IMG/VR virus record: IMGVR_UViG_3300037130_000236 | Strand: one strand, 5' to 3' | DNA: 64,000 nucleotides | From: a virus | In this document: piece by piece, positions 54,401 to 63,682 of the stretch | Position numbering within the stretch: position 1 is the stretch's first letter | Layout of the letters: every line of letters starts with the position of its first letter | Notes under the pieces: model-generated | Told to the model about the DNA's origin: nothing | What the model saw: the letters and a program-made list of their open reading frames with translations, nothing else | Databases searched by the model: none | Made by a program: the position numbers and the translations under genes

Positions 54401-56947
54401 GTACAGCGGCCAACCAACAAGCCGGCGACCCTCCGCATGAAGCTGATGAATCTCACTCACCTGTTGAGCCACAAGCTCTATGATGCTTCGCTGGCCGGCA
54501 AGTGGGAGGCATCGCTCGACAGATTCGCCATCAGCACAGGCGGCACGGCTGCGGCCACAGGCTCGGATGTTCCCACCAAAGGATTCGTCGGACGGAACGG
54601 CATCGGTGGCGCGCCTTATCAGATCATGGGCAAGGACAACACCGAAGGCTACGCCGGTGGCGACATGTCCAACCGCAGGATTCCGCTTCAATACTTTCCT
54701 CTTCAGACGGGCAGTAAGATCCAGCTTCGTGTGGGGTTCTCCAACAATCCGGACAAGCTGACACCTGTCTTCTGTGGCGAGGTCACCGACATCGAGGGCA
54801 ACGAGATCCTGACTGTCACTGCCCAGAGCTACCTGCTTGAGCTTGCGTCCTTGAGCGGTGACAAGATGAACTCGAACTCATGGTTCCAGCTCGGATCGCT
54901 GCTTCAGAACACGGTCAACATCCTGATACCGGGATCGGGTGGCGGCATGTCCAAAGGGCCTGCCTACGGAGGCGTCACCATCTTCGGCGATGCCGGCGAT
55001 GTGGGCACGGTGATCTGGATGATGCTCAAGAACTCCGGAGCCAAGCACTTCGGTCACTGGCAGGTAAACAGTCCTGCCAATTCCTTGCTCAAGGGCTTTT
55101 CATGGAAGGAGCTGGCCGCCGCGCCGGCCGCCGGCGCCGCCAGTATTGCCGGTATGGACAACGTGGCCACCGCGCTTCAGAACGTCTACGACCGGTGCGA
55201 CGAGAACATCATGGTCGATACGGCCGTTCAGTATGACGGGACGTCGGTCAGCACGGACCCCAAGACCCACTCTCAATCCCGGAGCTGGATGGATCAGCGG
55301 AAGTATCCCTGGGCACCGGCATCCTACTATGTCGATTCCAAGACCACGTTGACGGTGTGGGAACTCATTCAGGACATCGCCAGACGGTATCCGGAATACC
55401 TGCTGCTCGAGAAGTGGTACGGTTTCCCTTACAGCTGTGACGCGACCCTGGTCTTTGGCCATCCCTTCGACTGGTACACAGCAAGGCCTCAGATGCTCGG
55501 CGACACGGAACGTGTGCGCGCGCTGAACCAGAACAACCAGGCATACACCCAGTGGTGGAATGCGAGCGGCAAGCAGATGTTCCTCGATGTCATGGGGGAC
55601 GGCACCATGCCTGTCACCGTGGCTCTCTACAAGAACCAGCTGCTCCAACAAGCAGGCGCGAGTCCGTCTGGGCTTGCCGCGGCACTTCAGTCGCTGTTGA
55701 CGATCGCGGTGGATGGTGTCGATACGGGTTCACAGACTGCCAACGATTGGCTGGCTCTTCCTGGCAAGCTCATCTACACCATCATCCCCGGAGAACGGGA
55801 GGCTCTTCGAAATCTCCAGAAGAAGATCAACGCAGTGCAGAGCGCGTACTACGCTTCCATCCTGGCCGGGGATCAGAAGTCGACCGACTTCCTGAAGCCG
55901 GTGCGTCGCTACCACTTCATCGACCATCAGTCCATCGTGCATAACGGGATGAGGGTCAACGACAAGATATACAACTGCATCCGCATCGGCGATCCGGAGA
56001 AGAACGGCAAGACCTATCCCATCCTGGCCAACGCCAGCATTCCTCCCAACCATGTGCGCGCGCTTGATGTCACAGACCAGATCAACGATCCCAAGCAGAA
56101 TGTGATCGACCAATCCCTTTCCGGCAACACCGGGCTGATCATGGCCTACGGCCAGAGCTTCCTGAGGGAAGAGTTGGGCAAGATGTACCGGGGCGAGATC
56201 GTGCTGCGCTGCATTCCCGAGATCGAACCGCAAGACGTTCTTCTCATCACCGATCCGTCCACAGGGATGGTCGGGCCGGTCGAGGTCGAGACCGTCACCC
56301 ACGTCATGAACCTGGAATCGGGATTCATCACCATCATCAAGCCGCGCGCAGTCATCACGATCAACGAAGCGGCATCGGCCAATTTCTTCCGAATGCTGAT
56401 GATGGCTATGGGAACCGTGATCCCGGAGATCCACCGTCTGAGCAATCTCTCCGTCTACTCATGGATGGAAGGAGCAGCCGTCGCCACAACCACGGCGGTC
56501 GGCGCCGGTGCGGTGGTGGCCGGATTGAGCTACGCAGGCGGCGCAGTGGCCACAGCAGCGGAAGGCACCGGTTTGGTGGCTATCGCTGCAGGTGCAACGA
56601 CTGAGTGGGCGGCTGCCGGCGCGGCCTTCCTTTGTGGCCCTCCGGGTTGGATCATCCTGGGCCTCTGCGCGATCGCGGCGGTCGGCGCCGCGGTCTGGTG
56701 GTTCACCGACAGCACAGCCAAGCTGAACCCCGTCGTGATCTGCCCTTGCACCAAGTTCGGGCGGCCGTGGGTCGGCGGCATCGAGGGCTGGTCCATCAAC
56801 GACCTGGTGGGCGTGGTGAACAATAAGGCGATGCAGTTTGTGGCCGACGAGATCTTCCCGCTGATCGATGCCTGGAAGGCCTTCCACGGCTACCCGACCC
56901 AGATTCCTCCCACTCCCCAGCCTTCCTGGGGTCTGTCTGCTCCATAA
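51401..56947 (+). CDS. Baseplate hub / tail-associated lysin with an SLT lytic transglycosylase domain
   Basis: A..FG+DP.+..GI...ESKGNPNAKS...ATGLFQL...TA...G....DP..N..G...+..L...FG..ELA+AAYNAG at about 52200-52490; hub-like C-terminus (G.I.L...PEI.P.D...I.D...GM.G..EVE.V.H). Confidence 0.85.
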   Translation: MSVITTEKDYSTNNPLDAGYFRVGFVTLQIPPQDIVTSRVVNNEKITPLRGMNEMFQKTGQARWDVTVSWTALLNDADQVTRYQQWEDLRNMVAIFKAAPFVEVESPHLRQMLAAHDPEFSTRRLSMGLRQLRVDNHPDVIDALKVTLTMTYFNCLPYTQDFGYQGDSGQSVSAYQSQKFKKYISQWRQINMERAFRYPGDPICPLWLAQNPGELALKWRTYLPIQSGQVPDYAGQLNAPATIGGTVVPSTVTPKAPKGKVALPPAIAQLIQQIAPQFGLDPAIMQGICWYESKGNPNAKSPNSTATGLFQLLNGTAKAMGVTNSYDPTQNTTGACKLMSQLYRQFGSYELAIAAYNAGSAYVKCYLNGTSQTLKSGVVINPGKQMTGGIPPAGVPAGENVPKYISTVMSIAQSSFGYNGTATSTTPTVAPGPAPATNATTPASSGSNPTTSTSSSTEAAFEAQVNNLVAQGWSVDHRADPGGVGVLFLYKENELRVAPQDSNSGGVQPGLWPEGISVLFVNNLAQIPLAGFQYPTYQHVGPCSSLVQVSFGSQGTRDNPNTDEPIHNGLMTLTSMAHMLEQQYQRLRTQFRSIASVHRMHAVYVENQVLNMLGIFGLMLDQVTTETVPDSSDMAMAQLTACQYENKFEELTSYKVNAIDGVYMTALQQTVLQGDTLAQAATAASPDERALMGAAFTYRQHMASSDENDMSARLLNAAENPSDSSPFGFMNGAQSFFVSETDADALTNEFMEKSSSYPVAAARVKQLQQSGNTTQWTMADYLMFKSCAYDAAGTGAITSLVSSIDQGLAADTDLSRQKMVSDVYSRLFPYFAENDPSLRNALNQIMQSPTLGASIKNSVSASDPALSNADHGAYRDMGLNSQVLDGEDFNPGMYFTSDKTTYLAKTRTALGNITAQIASGSSQLNSDSNGYQVPAGTIPLSTTTSIPGNMDSIMKMINVPGYSMTEAFPTFKLFFMEDANSGIYYAFDNFYSYSAVIDIEVQRPTNKPATLRMKLMNLTHLLSHKLYDASLAGKWEASLDRFAISTGGTAAATGSDVPTKGFVGRNGIGGAPYQIMGKDNTEGYAGGDMSNRRIPLQYFPLQTGSKIQLRVGFSNNPDKLTPVFCGEVTDIEGNEILTVTAQSYLLELASLSGDKMNSNSWFQLGSLLQNTVNILIPGSGGGMSKGPAYGGVTIFGDAGDVGTVIWMMLKNSGAKHFGHWQVNSPANSLLKGFSWKELAAAPAAGAASIAGMDNVATALQNVYDRCDENIMVDTAVQYDGTSVSTDPKTHSQSRSWMDQRKYPWAPASYYVDSKTTLTVWELIQDIARRYPEYLLLEKWYGFPYSCDATLVFGHPFDWYTARPQMLGDTERVRALNQNNQAYTQWWNASGKQMFLDVMGDGTMPVTVALYKNQLLQQAGASPSGLAAALQSLLTIAVDGVDTGSQTANDWLALPGKLIYTIIPGEREALRNLQKKINAVQSAYYASILAGDQKSTDFLKPVRRYHFIDHQSIVHNGMRVNDKIYNCIRIGDPEKNGKTYPILANASIPPNHVRALDVTDQINDPKQNVIDQSLSGNTGLIMAYGQSFLREELGKMYRGEIVLRCIPEIEPQDVLLITDPSTGMVGPVEVETVTHVMNLESGFITIIKPRAVITINEAASANFFRMLMMAMGTVIPEIHRLSNLSVYSWMEGAAVATTTAVGAGAVVAGLSYAGGAVATAAEGTGLVAIAAGATTEWAAAGAAFLCGPPGWIILGLCAIAAVGAAVWWFTDSTAKLNPVVICPCTKFGRPWVGGIEGWSINDLVGVVNNKAMQFVADEIFPLIDAWKAFHGYPTQIPPTPQPSWGLSAP

Positions 56948-57020
56948 GCGTTCATTCAAGGTATGAGCAGAGAGATGCCGGCGGGCTATATTATTCTGGA
57001 TCATATAGGAGTCAATCGGC

Positions 57021-57929
57021 ATGGATACTAGCCACGAAGTCCCAGCATTCGAATGCGCTACGGACGAATTTGGAACAAGGGCCAGTGTTTCAGCTCCTTC
57101 CAATACGGACGGATTGAATCCGACTATCGCGATTCTGGTCGCTCTTTGGTACAGCTTTACGGCAGCCGCAGCGATGTCGAGGGGCTTCGCCTTCCTTTAT
57201 GAACGTGGCCAGAACGACTACTACTTGGCTCAAAACCTAATGTGGACTGCTGGAATCGGGATCGGAATCGCGCTAGCAGTCAGTCTCGTCAGGAACTCGC
57301 ATTTCACTGTTGGGGCGATCTCGTCAGTCATCATGTCGGGTCTCTTGCTATCGCTTCTTCTCCTGGGTCCAAGCAATGAGGTGGCTGATGTATCCCTGTT
57401 TGGATTCAGACCATCTGGAAACCAGTTCCTCATAGGGATCGCGATCCTGACTCTGATCTCGGGATTACTTGGGACTGTCGCTGGGAGCGCCCTCCGGGCC
57501 GACGAATCACTGGCGGACCCCCTGCTTGGCATTCGGCATCATCACTGGTTTTGGCTTTGGCTAGCACTCTATGCTTGGGTCGTAATTCTCCCCACTGGTG
57601 TCTACTACCTCTGGTTGGAGGTCATAAGCACGGGGTACGTGCTCATCCATCCGAGTCTCTGGTTTAATGATGCGTGGACTGAAGGCTGGACCTTGACGTT
57701 TGGTTTCGCTGGTTTCGCCGCTGCCTTTTACGGAATCGACTTGTCCATACGGAACGTGTCTGCCAAATGCAGTTCAAATGTGCGAACCCGGAAGAGGGTG
57801 CTCCTGTTCCTCTTGGGGACGCTCATCCTGGCTGGGCCAGTTGCGAATGTTCTCTTCCGTATTGCGATCAGCAGCCTTCAACACCTGCCAGATGGGATTA
57901 CGGCAAATCCGTGGTGGATCTTGCGATGA
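57021..57929 (+). CDS. Multi-pass membrane protein (accessory)
   Basis: About 7-8 hydrophobic helices; lower GC. Confidence 0.75.
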   Translation: MDTSHEVPAFECATDEFGTRASVSAPSNTDGLNPTIAILVALWYSFTAAAAMSRGFAFLYERGQNDYYLAQNLMWTAGIGIGIALAVSLVRNSHFTVGAISSVIMSGLLLSLLLLGPSNEVADVSLFGFRPSGNQFLIGIAILTLISGLLGTVAGSALRADESLADPLLGIRHHHWFWLWLALYAWVVILPTGVYYLWLEVISTGYVLIHPSLWFNDAWTEGWTLTFGFAGFAAAFYGIDLSIRNVSAKCSSNVRTRKRVLLFLLGTLILAGPVANVLFRIAISSLQHLPDGITANPWWILR

Positions 57930-57948
57930 ATAGCTGTGTTGCGCATCG

Positions 57949-58284
57949 TTGGAAGGTGCAGCCTTGAATGCCAGGAGACGCCAAGAAACTCTCCTAACTG
58001 TACTCGGTGCGGCCATGCTGCTTGTGGCGGCATTCGGCAAGTACCCCTACGGCTTTTACATGGTGCTTCGCCTAGTCGTCACGGTTGGCGCCATTTATTG
58101 GGCGTGGAGAGTGTATCAGGCAGGACTGCGGGGCTGGACTTGGGCATTTGTTGCCGTGGCGCTGCTCCTGAACCCGTTTTTGCCGATCCGGATGCAGCGC
58201 GCGCAGTGGCAACCAATCGATCTATGGCTTGGCATTCTCCTCCTCGGCTGGTCCACGTATTGGCTCGTCCGCAAACCTGAATAG
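57949..58284 (+). CDS. Small membrane protein, DUF6804-like
   Basis: PYGFY.+LR.+V...A...A.........W....+A+L.NP..PI...R..W..ID. Confidence 0.7.
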   Translation: MEGAALNARRRQETLLTVLGAAMLLVAAFGKYPYGFYMVLRLVVTVGAIYWAWRVYQAGLRGWTWAFVAVALLLNPFLPIRMQRAQWQPIDLWLGILLLGWSTYWLVRKPE

Positions 58285-58343
58285 TACCTGGAGGCTTCGC
58301 CTGCTTCTCACCATCGGTCAGATGATGTGCAGCGTAAATCGAA

Positions 58344-59375
58344 TTGCAGACCTACGGAAGTAGTGGAATACTGAATACGGTGACTAAAACACAGCTAATT
58401 CTACTGCAAAGCGCTTGCGACGATTTGAAGAAAAAGATCGTCCAGGAAGGCCCTATTGCGTTACGCGGCACCGCCTCTGTGATTCTAGCTCCGCCGCCCA
58501 AGTTACTTTCTGACGCTGGAAGGGTTCATTTACGGAGGGGGGTTATTGAGGTAATTGAGAGGTGTACGATTGCGGTATTGTGCACGTACGATGATGGCAC
58601 CATCGCCGGCGAAACAGTTCACCACCAACTCAACATTGTTGCCATCGCGCTTCAATTGGTGAAGCCAACGTGTTCCTTCTTGGATTTATGGCTGCGGCTT
58701 GACGGCGAGAATTTGACCGAAATGGTATCGAGGCCTGTTTCTGACCTCGATCGATTCCAGCCAGTCCCGTATTTGCAATATCAACAGCACCATTGCATCA
58801 CCGAATCTGACCTTCGGCGAGCTGTCGGTCTGGTCCCTGGCCTGTCGAAGGCTCTAGACCGAGCGTACGGCTCTTGGGATCACCCGGTGCTTCCGATACA
58901 CCGTGCCGTGATGTTCTTCTGTCAAGGCTACACAGTTACTCCGCACGAGCCGCGCCAATTTCTATGGGCGGCAGGACTCGACTGCCTGTTTGCTTCGAAG
59001 GTTGATAAAAAGAAGCAGGTATCATCGGAGATTGCCCGCCGGATGCAAATCCTTCTTGGGCCGAAATTGAAACTATATGAAGCTGATACAGTTTCCGTCC
59101 CAATACATCAAACAACACGTATCCACAAGGAACTGCAGACTGTAAGCAACGACATATTCAAACTACGGAATGCGTTTGCGCATGGAAAGCCAATACCTGA
59201 TAACGCTTGGCTTGCTAATAGAGGACAGCCAGAGGAGTCCTCGTATGCTTATCAGTTGGTGGAACAGACGGAAATATCCCTGCGTCTAACCCTGTTACGC
59301 ATTCTGGAGAATCCGACGCTCTTCGCTACATTTTCTGATTCAAGCAAGCTGGATTCATACTTCGCAATTCCATAG
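58344..59375 (+). CDS. HEPN-domain protein (ApeA-like), possible RNase toxin
   Basis: W..GLD.LF followed by C-terminal F.LRNAFAHG (R-x4-H); low GC. Confidence 0.65.
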   Translation: MQTYGSSGILNTVTKTQLILLQSACDDLKKKIVQEGPIALRGTASVILAPPPKLLSDAGRVHLRRGVIEVIERCTIAVLCTYDDGTIAGETVHHQLNIVAIALQLVKPTCSFLDLWLRLDGENLTEMVSRPVSDLDRFQPVPYLQYQQHHCITESDLRRAVGLVPGLSKALDRAYGSWDHPVLPIHRAVMFFCQGYTVTPHEPRQFLWAAGLDCLFASKVDKKKQVSSEIARRMQILLGPKLKLYEADTVSVPIHQTTRIHKELQTVSNDIFKLRNAFAHGKPIPDNAWLANRGQPEESSYAYQLVEQTEISLRLTLLRILENPTLFATFSDSSKLDSYFAIP

Positions 59376-59538
59376 CCGTGCATACCCTGAACTCTTGCGC
59401 AGGGTCGGGTAAGCTGATCCGCTGCGCGCGCCGAATGTTATCTCCTGTCCAAGCCCAGCCAATCTTTTTGCTGCCCAATACGTTTAACATTACCTTCAAC
59501 CTCGAATCAGGAAGGCCGAAAACACCCGCAGTGACTCT

Positions 59539-61218
59539 TCAGATATCTACATCTTGAAAATCGCCAGCTTCGTCAAATTGGTACGGAATGACAAGCTTCC
59601 CGCCGCTGTCAATGTAGCCATATTTTCGGTCTCTTCGATGATGGACTTGCCCACCTTTGTCCTGGAGCACGCGCCAATGTTCTTGCCCGGACTCGCTCAC
59701 GACTGCGACGCCATTGGCAAACCCACCCGTGGAATCAAATTGCGGCTCAATAACCGCCCTACCTTCGATGTCGATAAAACCCACCTTCTCATTTGGATAT
59801 GTTCCGACCATGATCGAGGCGAGGCCATCCTTAAATCCATAAGCATCCATCCAGTTCGGGTTTAGTCCTGGGATGCTTTCACCGACGACGGCACCATCCC
59901 TATCGATCATCCTCCAACCAACATCTTTCACAAGGGCAACGGCCCTCCCGTTTTTGAAAGGCGTGGCCTGGACAAACTGCGGAGCGATCTTCACTTGTCC
60001 TTTTGCATCCACAAATCCATACGCTTTCCAGGCCGGATAGCCATCAACGAACGTATGCCAGTTTTCAGGTATAGTGCGTTCTACCATGCCCAAGCCTCCA
60101 CTGAACGGGGCGGCGGCATTTAGAAAGTGATCTTGGCTCTCGATAATGGACTTCCCGTCTGAATCGAGGAAAATCCCTCGCGCTGGATCGCAGTATTCAT
60201 GAGTGCATGAGCTACATTCTATGCAAACTCGGTGACCTTCACCTTCATCCGAGGAGACCAGTCTCAGGTGCTCGCACTCGTCAGTATAGATTCTTCTTCT
60301 GAGGGTCACAAAAGCAATATCGTCGACAAAATCCCCTAAGCCCTTTCTTCCCATGTTCGTATTCTCTTCAATCTTCTTGCACCGGTAAATAGAGTCACCC
60401 ACCGTATTGATATATCCGACATGATCCGCCAAATCGTAGACTCTTGCCCGCCCGCAATGGAAACCATCTGCACGGGCGAATTGTGGCTCTATCGCAAAAG
60501 AGCCATTGCTATCAATGTATCCATACCTGCCAGCAATCTCTGCCGCAGGGGCCAATCCCTCAGAATATTCGCCCAGATAATAGAGACGGGGCTGAATGAC
60601 AAAGTCGCCCTCCGCGTTAATAAGCCCATACTTCCCATCCAGATATACCTGGCATAGATCGCCTTGGAAATCCCTCACTCCGTCAAATCGAGGCTCGATG
60701 ACAAACTCTCCGCTTCGGTCGATGAATCCCCATTTTCCATGAAGCCTTACTCCAGCCAATCCCTCGCGAAACAGGCGTACAAACTCAAATCGTGCGGCGG
60801 AAATGGGTTTTCCAGAAGAGTCGAGAAATCCCCATGAGCAAGGATCGGCAACAAGCCCTGGCCCAAAGTCATCTGTGTACAAGATGTAGCGGTGCTCATG
60901 CCAAAGGATATTGTTTTCCTTATAGAACTGGTCCGAGCTCCTTGCCCCACCGATCCAATCACAAAACGCTGCCCTGCCTTCGCTGAAGTCGTGTAAACCA
61001 TGAAAGACCGGCTCGGAAACAAAGGTCCCTTGTATATCTATCAGGCCCCACTTTCCATGGAACTTAACTCTGGCAAGGCAACGGGGCTCCTTCTTTCGCA
61101 GCAGGAGGCTTGAAGCCTCCCTACGCCCCCGCGCGATCAGGCTTGCACCTGCCTCCGAAAGAACGAGGGAAGTGCTGTCAGGCTTCGGCAGGCGCAGGAG
61201 TTCCGTCTTATCGGCCAC
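59539..61218 (-). CDS. WG-repeat (beta-propeller-like) protein
   Basis: Many K+GFID..G..VIEP.FD....F.EG.A.V repeats. Confidence 0.9.
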   Translation of the reverse strand: MADKTELLRLPKPDSTSLVLSEAGASLIARGRREASSLLLRKKEPRCLARVKFHGKWGLIDIQGTFVSEPVFHGLHDFSEGRAAFCDWIGGARSSDQFYKENNILWHEHRYILYTDDFGPGLVADPCSWGFLDSSGKPISAARFEFVRLFREGLAGVRLHGKWGFIDRSGEFVIEPRFDGVRDFQGDLCQVYLDGKYGLINAEGDFVIQPRLYYLGEYSEGLAPAAEIAGRYGYIDSNGSFAIEPQFARADGFHCGRARVYDLADHVGYINTVGDSIYRCKKIEENTNMGRKGLGDFVDDIAFVTLRRRIYTDECEHLRLVSSDEGEGHRVCIECSSCTHEYCDPARGIFLDSDGKSIIESQDHFLNAAAPFSGGLGMVERTIPENWHTFVDGYPAWKAYGFVDAKGQVKIAPQFVQATPFKNGRAVALVKDVGWRMIDRDGAVVGESIPGLNPNWMDAYGFKDGLASIMVGTYPNEKVGFIDIEGRAVIEPQFDSTGGFANGVAVVSESGQEHWRVLQDKGGQVHHRRDRKYGYIDSGGKLVIPYQFDEAGDFQDVDI

Positions 61219-61990
61219 GCTGTTTCACCCCCGTAGCCCTGGTCTCATGCTCCCTTTTCGCATCGCCTATCTTCTCGCGTACCGTTGCGGCTATTTCAGC
61301 CAATAGATCGCGATTCTCATGCCGTGCGAGCTCAACGCCTTGCTGGAGGAGTGCAATCTCACTGCCCCGCAGAGCAACCAACTCCCGTTCTATGGCAGTT
61401 ATACGGTCCCTAACCTGTTTCAACTGACGCAATACGCGGATCAGGTCAGCGCCGACGCCGGAACCCTGCACGGCATCAGGGCTGGCATCAAGGCCGGCGA
61501 GAATGCGCCGGAGTGCATCTTCGTCCCCGGCCACATACGCGGCATTGACTTCCTTCATCAGTCGCTCGCGCCGCGCGCGGTCCTTTTCATCGGTCGCGGT
61601 GTCCGGGTGAACCCGTTTAGCGGCCTCGTAATAGAGTTTCTTCAAGGCGGGAGACGGCGTAAAGGGCTGAACCTCCGCCGCCTCACCGTGGGCCGCCGAA
61701 TAGGCCTCCTCAGCCTGCGTGCGCGCCTCCGCTGCTGCGGCTTTTGCCTCGGCTGTGCCGGTCTGCTCAGCGTGGAGCTCGGCAAGGTGTGCATTCCACT
61801 CGTCGAGTTCTGCGTAAAGTACGCCTACCCGGCGAAGATACAAGCCCTCAAAAGCTGCCAGTTCCGCTTTGAGGCTGGCCAGCAAAAGCTCTTGATCTGC
61901 AAGTTGCGCTTCGAGCCGCGCTAGTTCTTCTCGCTTGGCTGCAAGCTCTTCCTCTTCCGGCGTGAGTCGGCGCACTAGCTCTGTTTTCAT
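61208..61990 (-). CDS. J-domain (DnaJ-like) protein flanked by coiled coils
   Basis: LKKLYYEAAKRVHPD...MKEVNAAY (HPD motif). Confidence 0.85.
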   Translation of the reverse strand: MKTELVRRLTPEEEELAAKREELARLEAQLADQELLLASLKAELAAFEGLYLRRVGVLYAELDEWNAHLAELHAEQTGTAEAKAAAAEARTQAEEAYSAAHGEAAEVQPFTPSPALKKLYYEAAKRVHPDTATDEKDRARRERLMKEVNAAYVAGDEDALRRILAGLDASPDAVQGSGVGADLIRVLRQLKQVRDRITAIERELVALRGSEIALLQQGVELARHENRDLLAEIAATVREKIGDAKREHETRATGVKQRGR

Positions 61991-62085
61991 GAGAATTTCG
62001 GAATCCTCGGTTGGGGTTATTTTACAGCCTTGCTCCGCTGATCAGCTCCTCCGACCGTCGAACCTTTGGTGCAAGGACATGGGTT

Positions 62086-62095
62086 CCTATACTAG
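62086..62095 (+). promoter_or_regulatory. Motif A copy (CCTATACTAG)
   Basis: Exact copy where the structural operon resumes after the accessory island. Confidence 0.65.
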
Positions 62096-62101
62096 AGAGA
62101 A

Positions 62102-62704
62102 ATGAAGCCCGATACCAGCACTCCCAATCCGGTTCATCTGGCGATCGTGAGTCCGTGCTCGTCCTGTCAGAACCAACTGACTGTTAGTCAGAACGGGATG
62201 CCGGCATGCCCGCGGCGCGTCGCTCAACAGAACATTCAGTACATGCAGAGCGCCGGCATCGACACGACCGGCGTCCAGCATCTGGCGCTGTACGGCACGG
62301 AAGGCGCCGCGCAGGCGGGCAACGGTTCCTATCTTAACCCCGTCTATTCAGATAGATTGCACGCCATTCTAATCTGGATTGCCCTTCTCGAGGACAACGG
62401 CGGCGTGTTGGACAGCCAGGGGAATCAGCTCTGTCCGAACCTCCTCGACCCCAGCTTCAACACATCCTACATCCAGTGCCATTCGCTCCCGGTTACGACC
62501 CGTGACAACGAAGCGGTCTATTTCCAGAAGGGGGCGTTCGCGGCGAACGACCAACTGGAAGTGACCCTTTCGGCGCGGCAACAGATGACGACGGATGGCA
62601 GCGCGCTTCCGGTCTTGATCGATGGCTTTGCCCAGAAGGTCAACTTCATCTTCAACCACCCGAGGACACCCCTGAATAAGGACCTCTGTCCCGCAGGCTG
62701 CTGA
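62102..62704 (+). CDS. Hypothetical baseplate-region protein
   Basis: 200-aa ORF after motif A; CSSC/CPRR motif. Confidence 0.65.
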   Translation: MKPDTSTPNPVHLAIVSPCSSCQNQLTVSQNGMPACPRRVAQQNIQYMQSAGIDTTGVQHLALYGTEGAAQAGNGSYLNPVYSDRLHAILIWIALLEDNGGVLDSQGNQLCPNLLDPSFNTSYIQCHSLPVTTRDNEAVYFQKGAFAANDQLEVTLSARQQMTTDGSALPVLIDGFAQKVNFIFNHPRTPLNKDLCPAGC

Positions 62705-62711
62705 ACTTTCA

Positions 62712-63284
62712 ATGCGAATACACCGAAAGAACGATTCTGAGAAATACTGCCCCGGATGCGAGACGGTCCTCGGTGTTGGATCGTTCAACAAAAAGGGTAT
62801 TGGAAAGAAAGGACAGCAACTGTTTTCCAGCTACTGCAAGTCTTGTCTGAGTGACAAAACAAGTGAATGGGTGAGGCCCAGTCGTGAACAGAATAGGCAG
62901 TATCGAAAGCAGTGGCTTAACACTTCGGAGACGGCTCGTAAATCCATTACAGAAGAACGGCAAAGAAGGCGAAAACGAGACCCTGATCGCACGAAACAGA
63001 CAGATCTGAAGAGCGATCTCAAGAAGTATGACCTGACATTGCAGTCATTTATTGACATGAATGATTTGCAAGAAGGCGTCTGTGCCATTTGCAAAGAGCC
63101 TCCGGCAAAAGGTAGGCGCTTGTGCATTGATCATGACCATGCGATAGCTGATCACATTTATGTACGTGGTCTGCTTTGTAACATATGCAACGTACTTCTT
63201 GGGATGGCTAAGGATAACGTTGAGATACTCCGGGCCGCTATCGCCTACTTGCAGCAAACCATGATTCTTTCTGAGGCAGTGTAA
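62712..63284 (+). mobile_element. Endonuclease VII-type homing endonuclease
   Basis: KYDLT...M...Q.G.CAIC.......L.IDHDH......VRGLLC..CN..LG..KDN...L..AI.YL; N-terminal CPGC/C..C zinc finger; low GC. Confidence 0.9.
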
Positions 63285-63682
63285 TGTCCAGCCAGCCTCT
63301 CGTCTACGATCTGGAAAACCAGGATGGCACCTACGAGCTCCAGCCGAAGTCGCTTTATGCCGGGGACTCGTATCAGGGCCAGCCGTCCGTCGCTGTTACC
63401 GAGGATGAGATCATCCTGGCCGGCGACTCGAACAACGTCATCCGGGTTGATCCGGACTTCGGTGTTCTGCTTTCCGGGAATCTGAGCCTGTCGGCGATGC
63501 CTCAACAGGTCTCCTTCGGGGGAGGCTACTACCGTCTCAACCCACTGCTTCTGACATGCCTCCCCTCCACCACCCCCACTCCCATTCCCACGCTGGTCAA
63601 GGACACTCCCAATCTCCTGACCGGCAGTGACACGCTGACTTCCTGCATGTCCTTTCTGACCAGCAATTCGGATGCCGCCTAA
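63284..63682 (+). CDS. Hypothetical baseplate protein, possibly spike-related beta-strand repeats
   Basis: Coupled ORF; short alternating beta-strand pattern. Confidence 0.55.
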   Translation: MSSQPLVYDLENQDGTYELQPKSLYAGDSYQGQPSVAVTEDEIILAGDSNNVIRVDPDFGVLLSGNLSLSAMPQQVSFGGGYYRLNPLLLTCLPSTTPTPIPTLVKDTPNLLTGSDTLTSCMSFLTSNSDAA

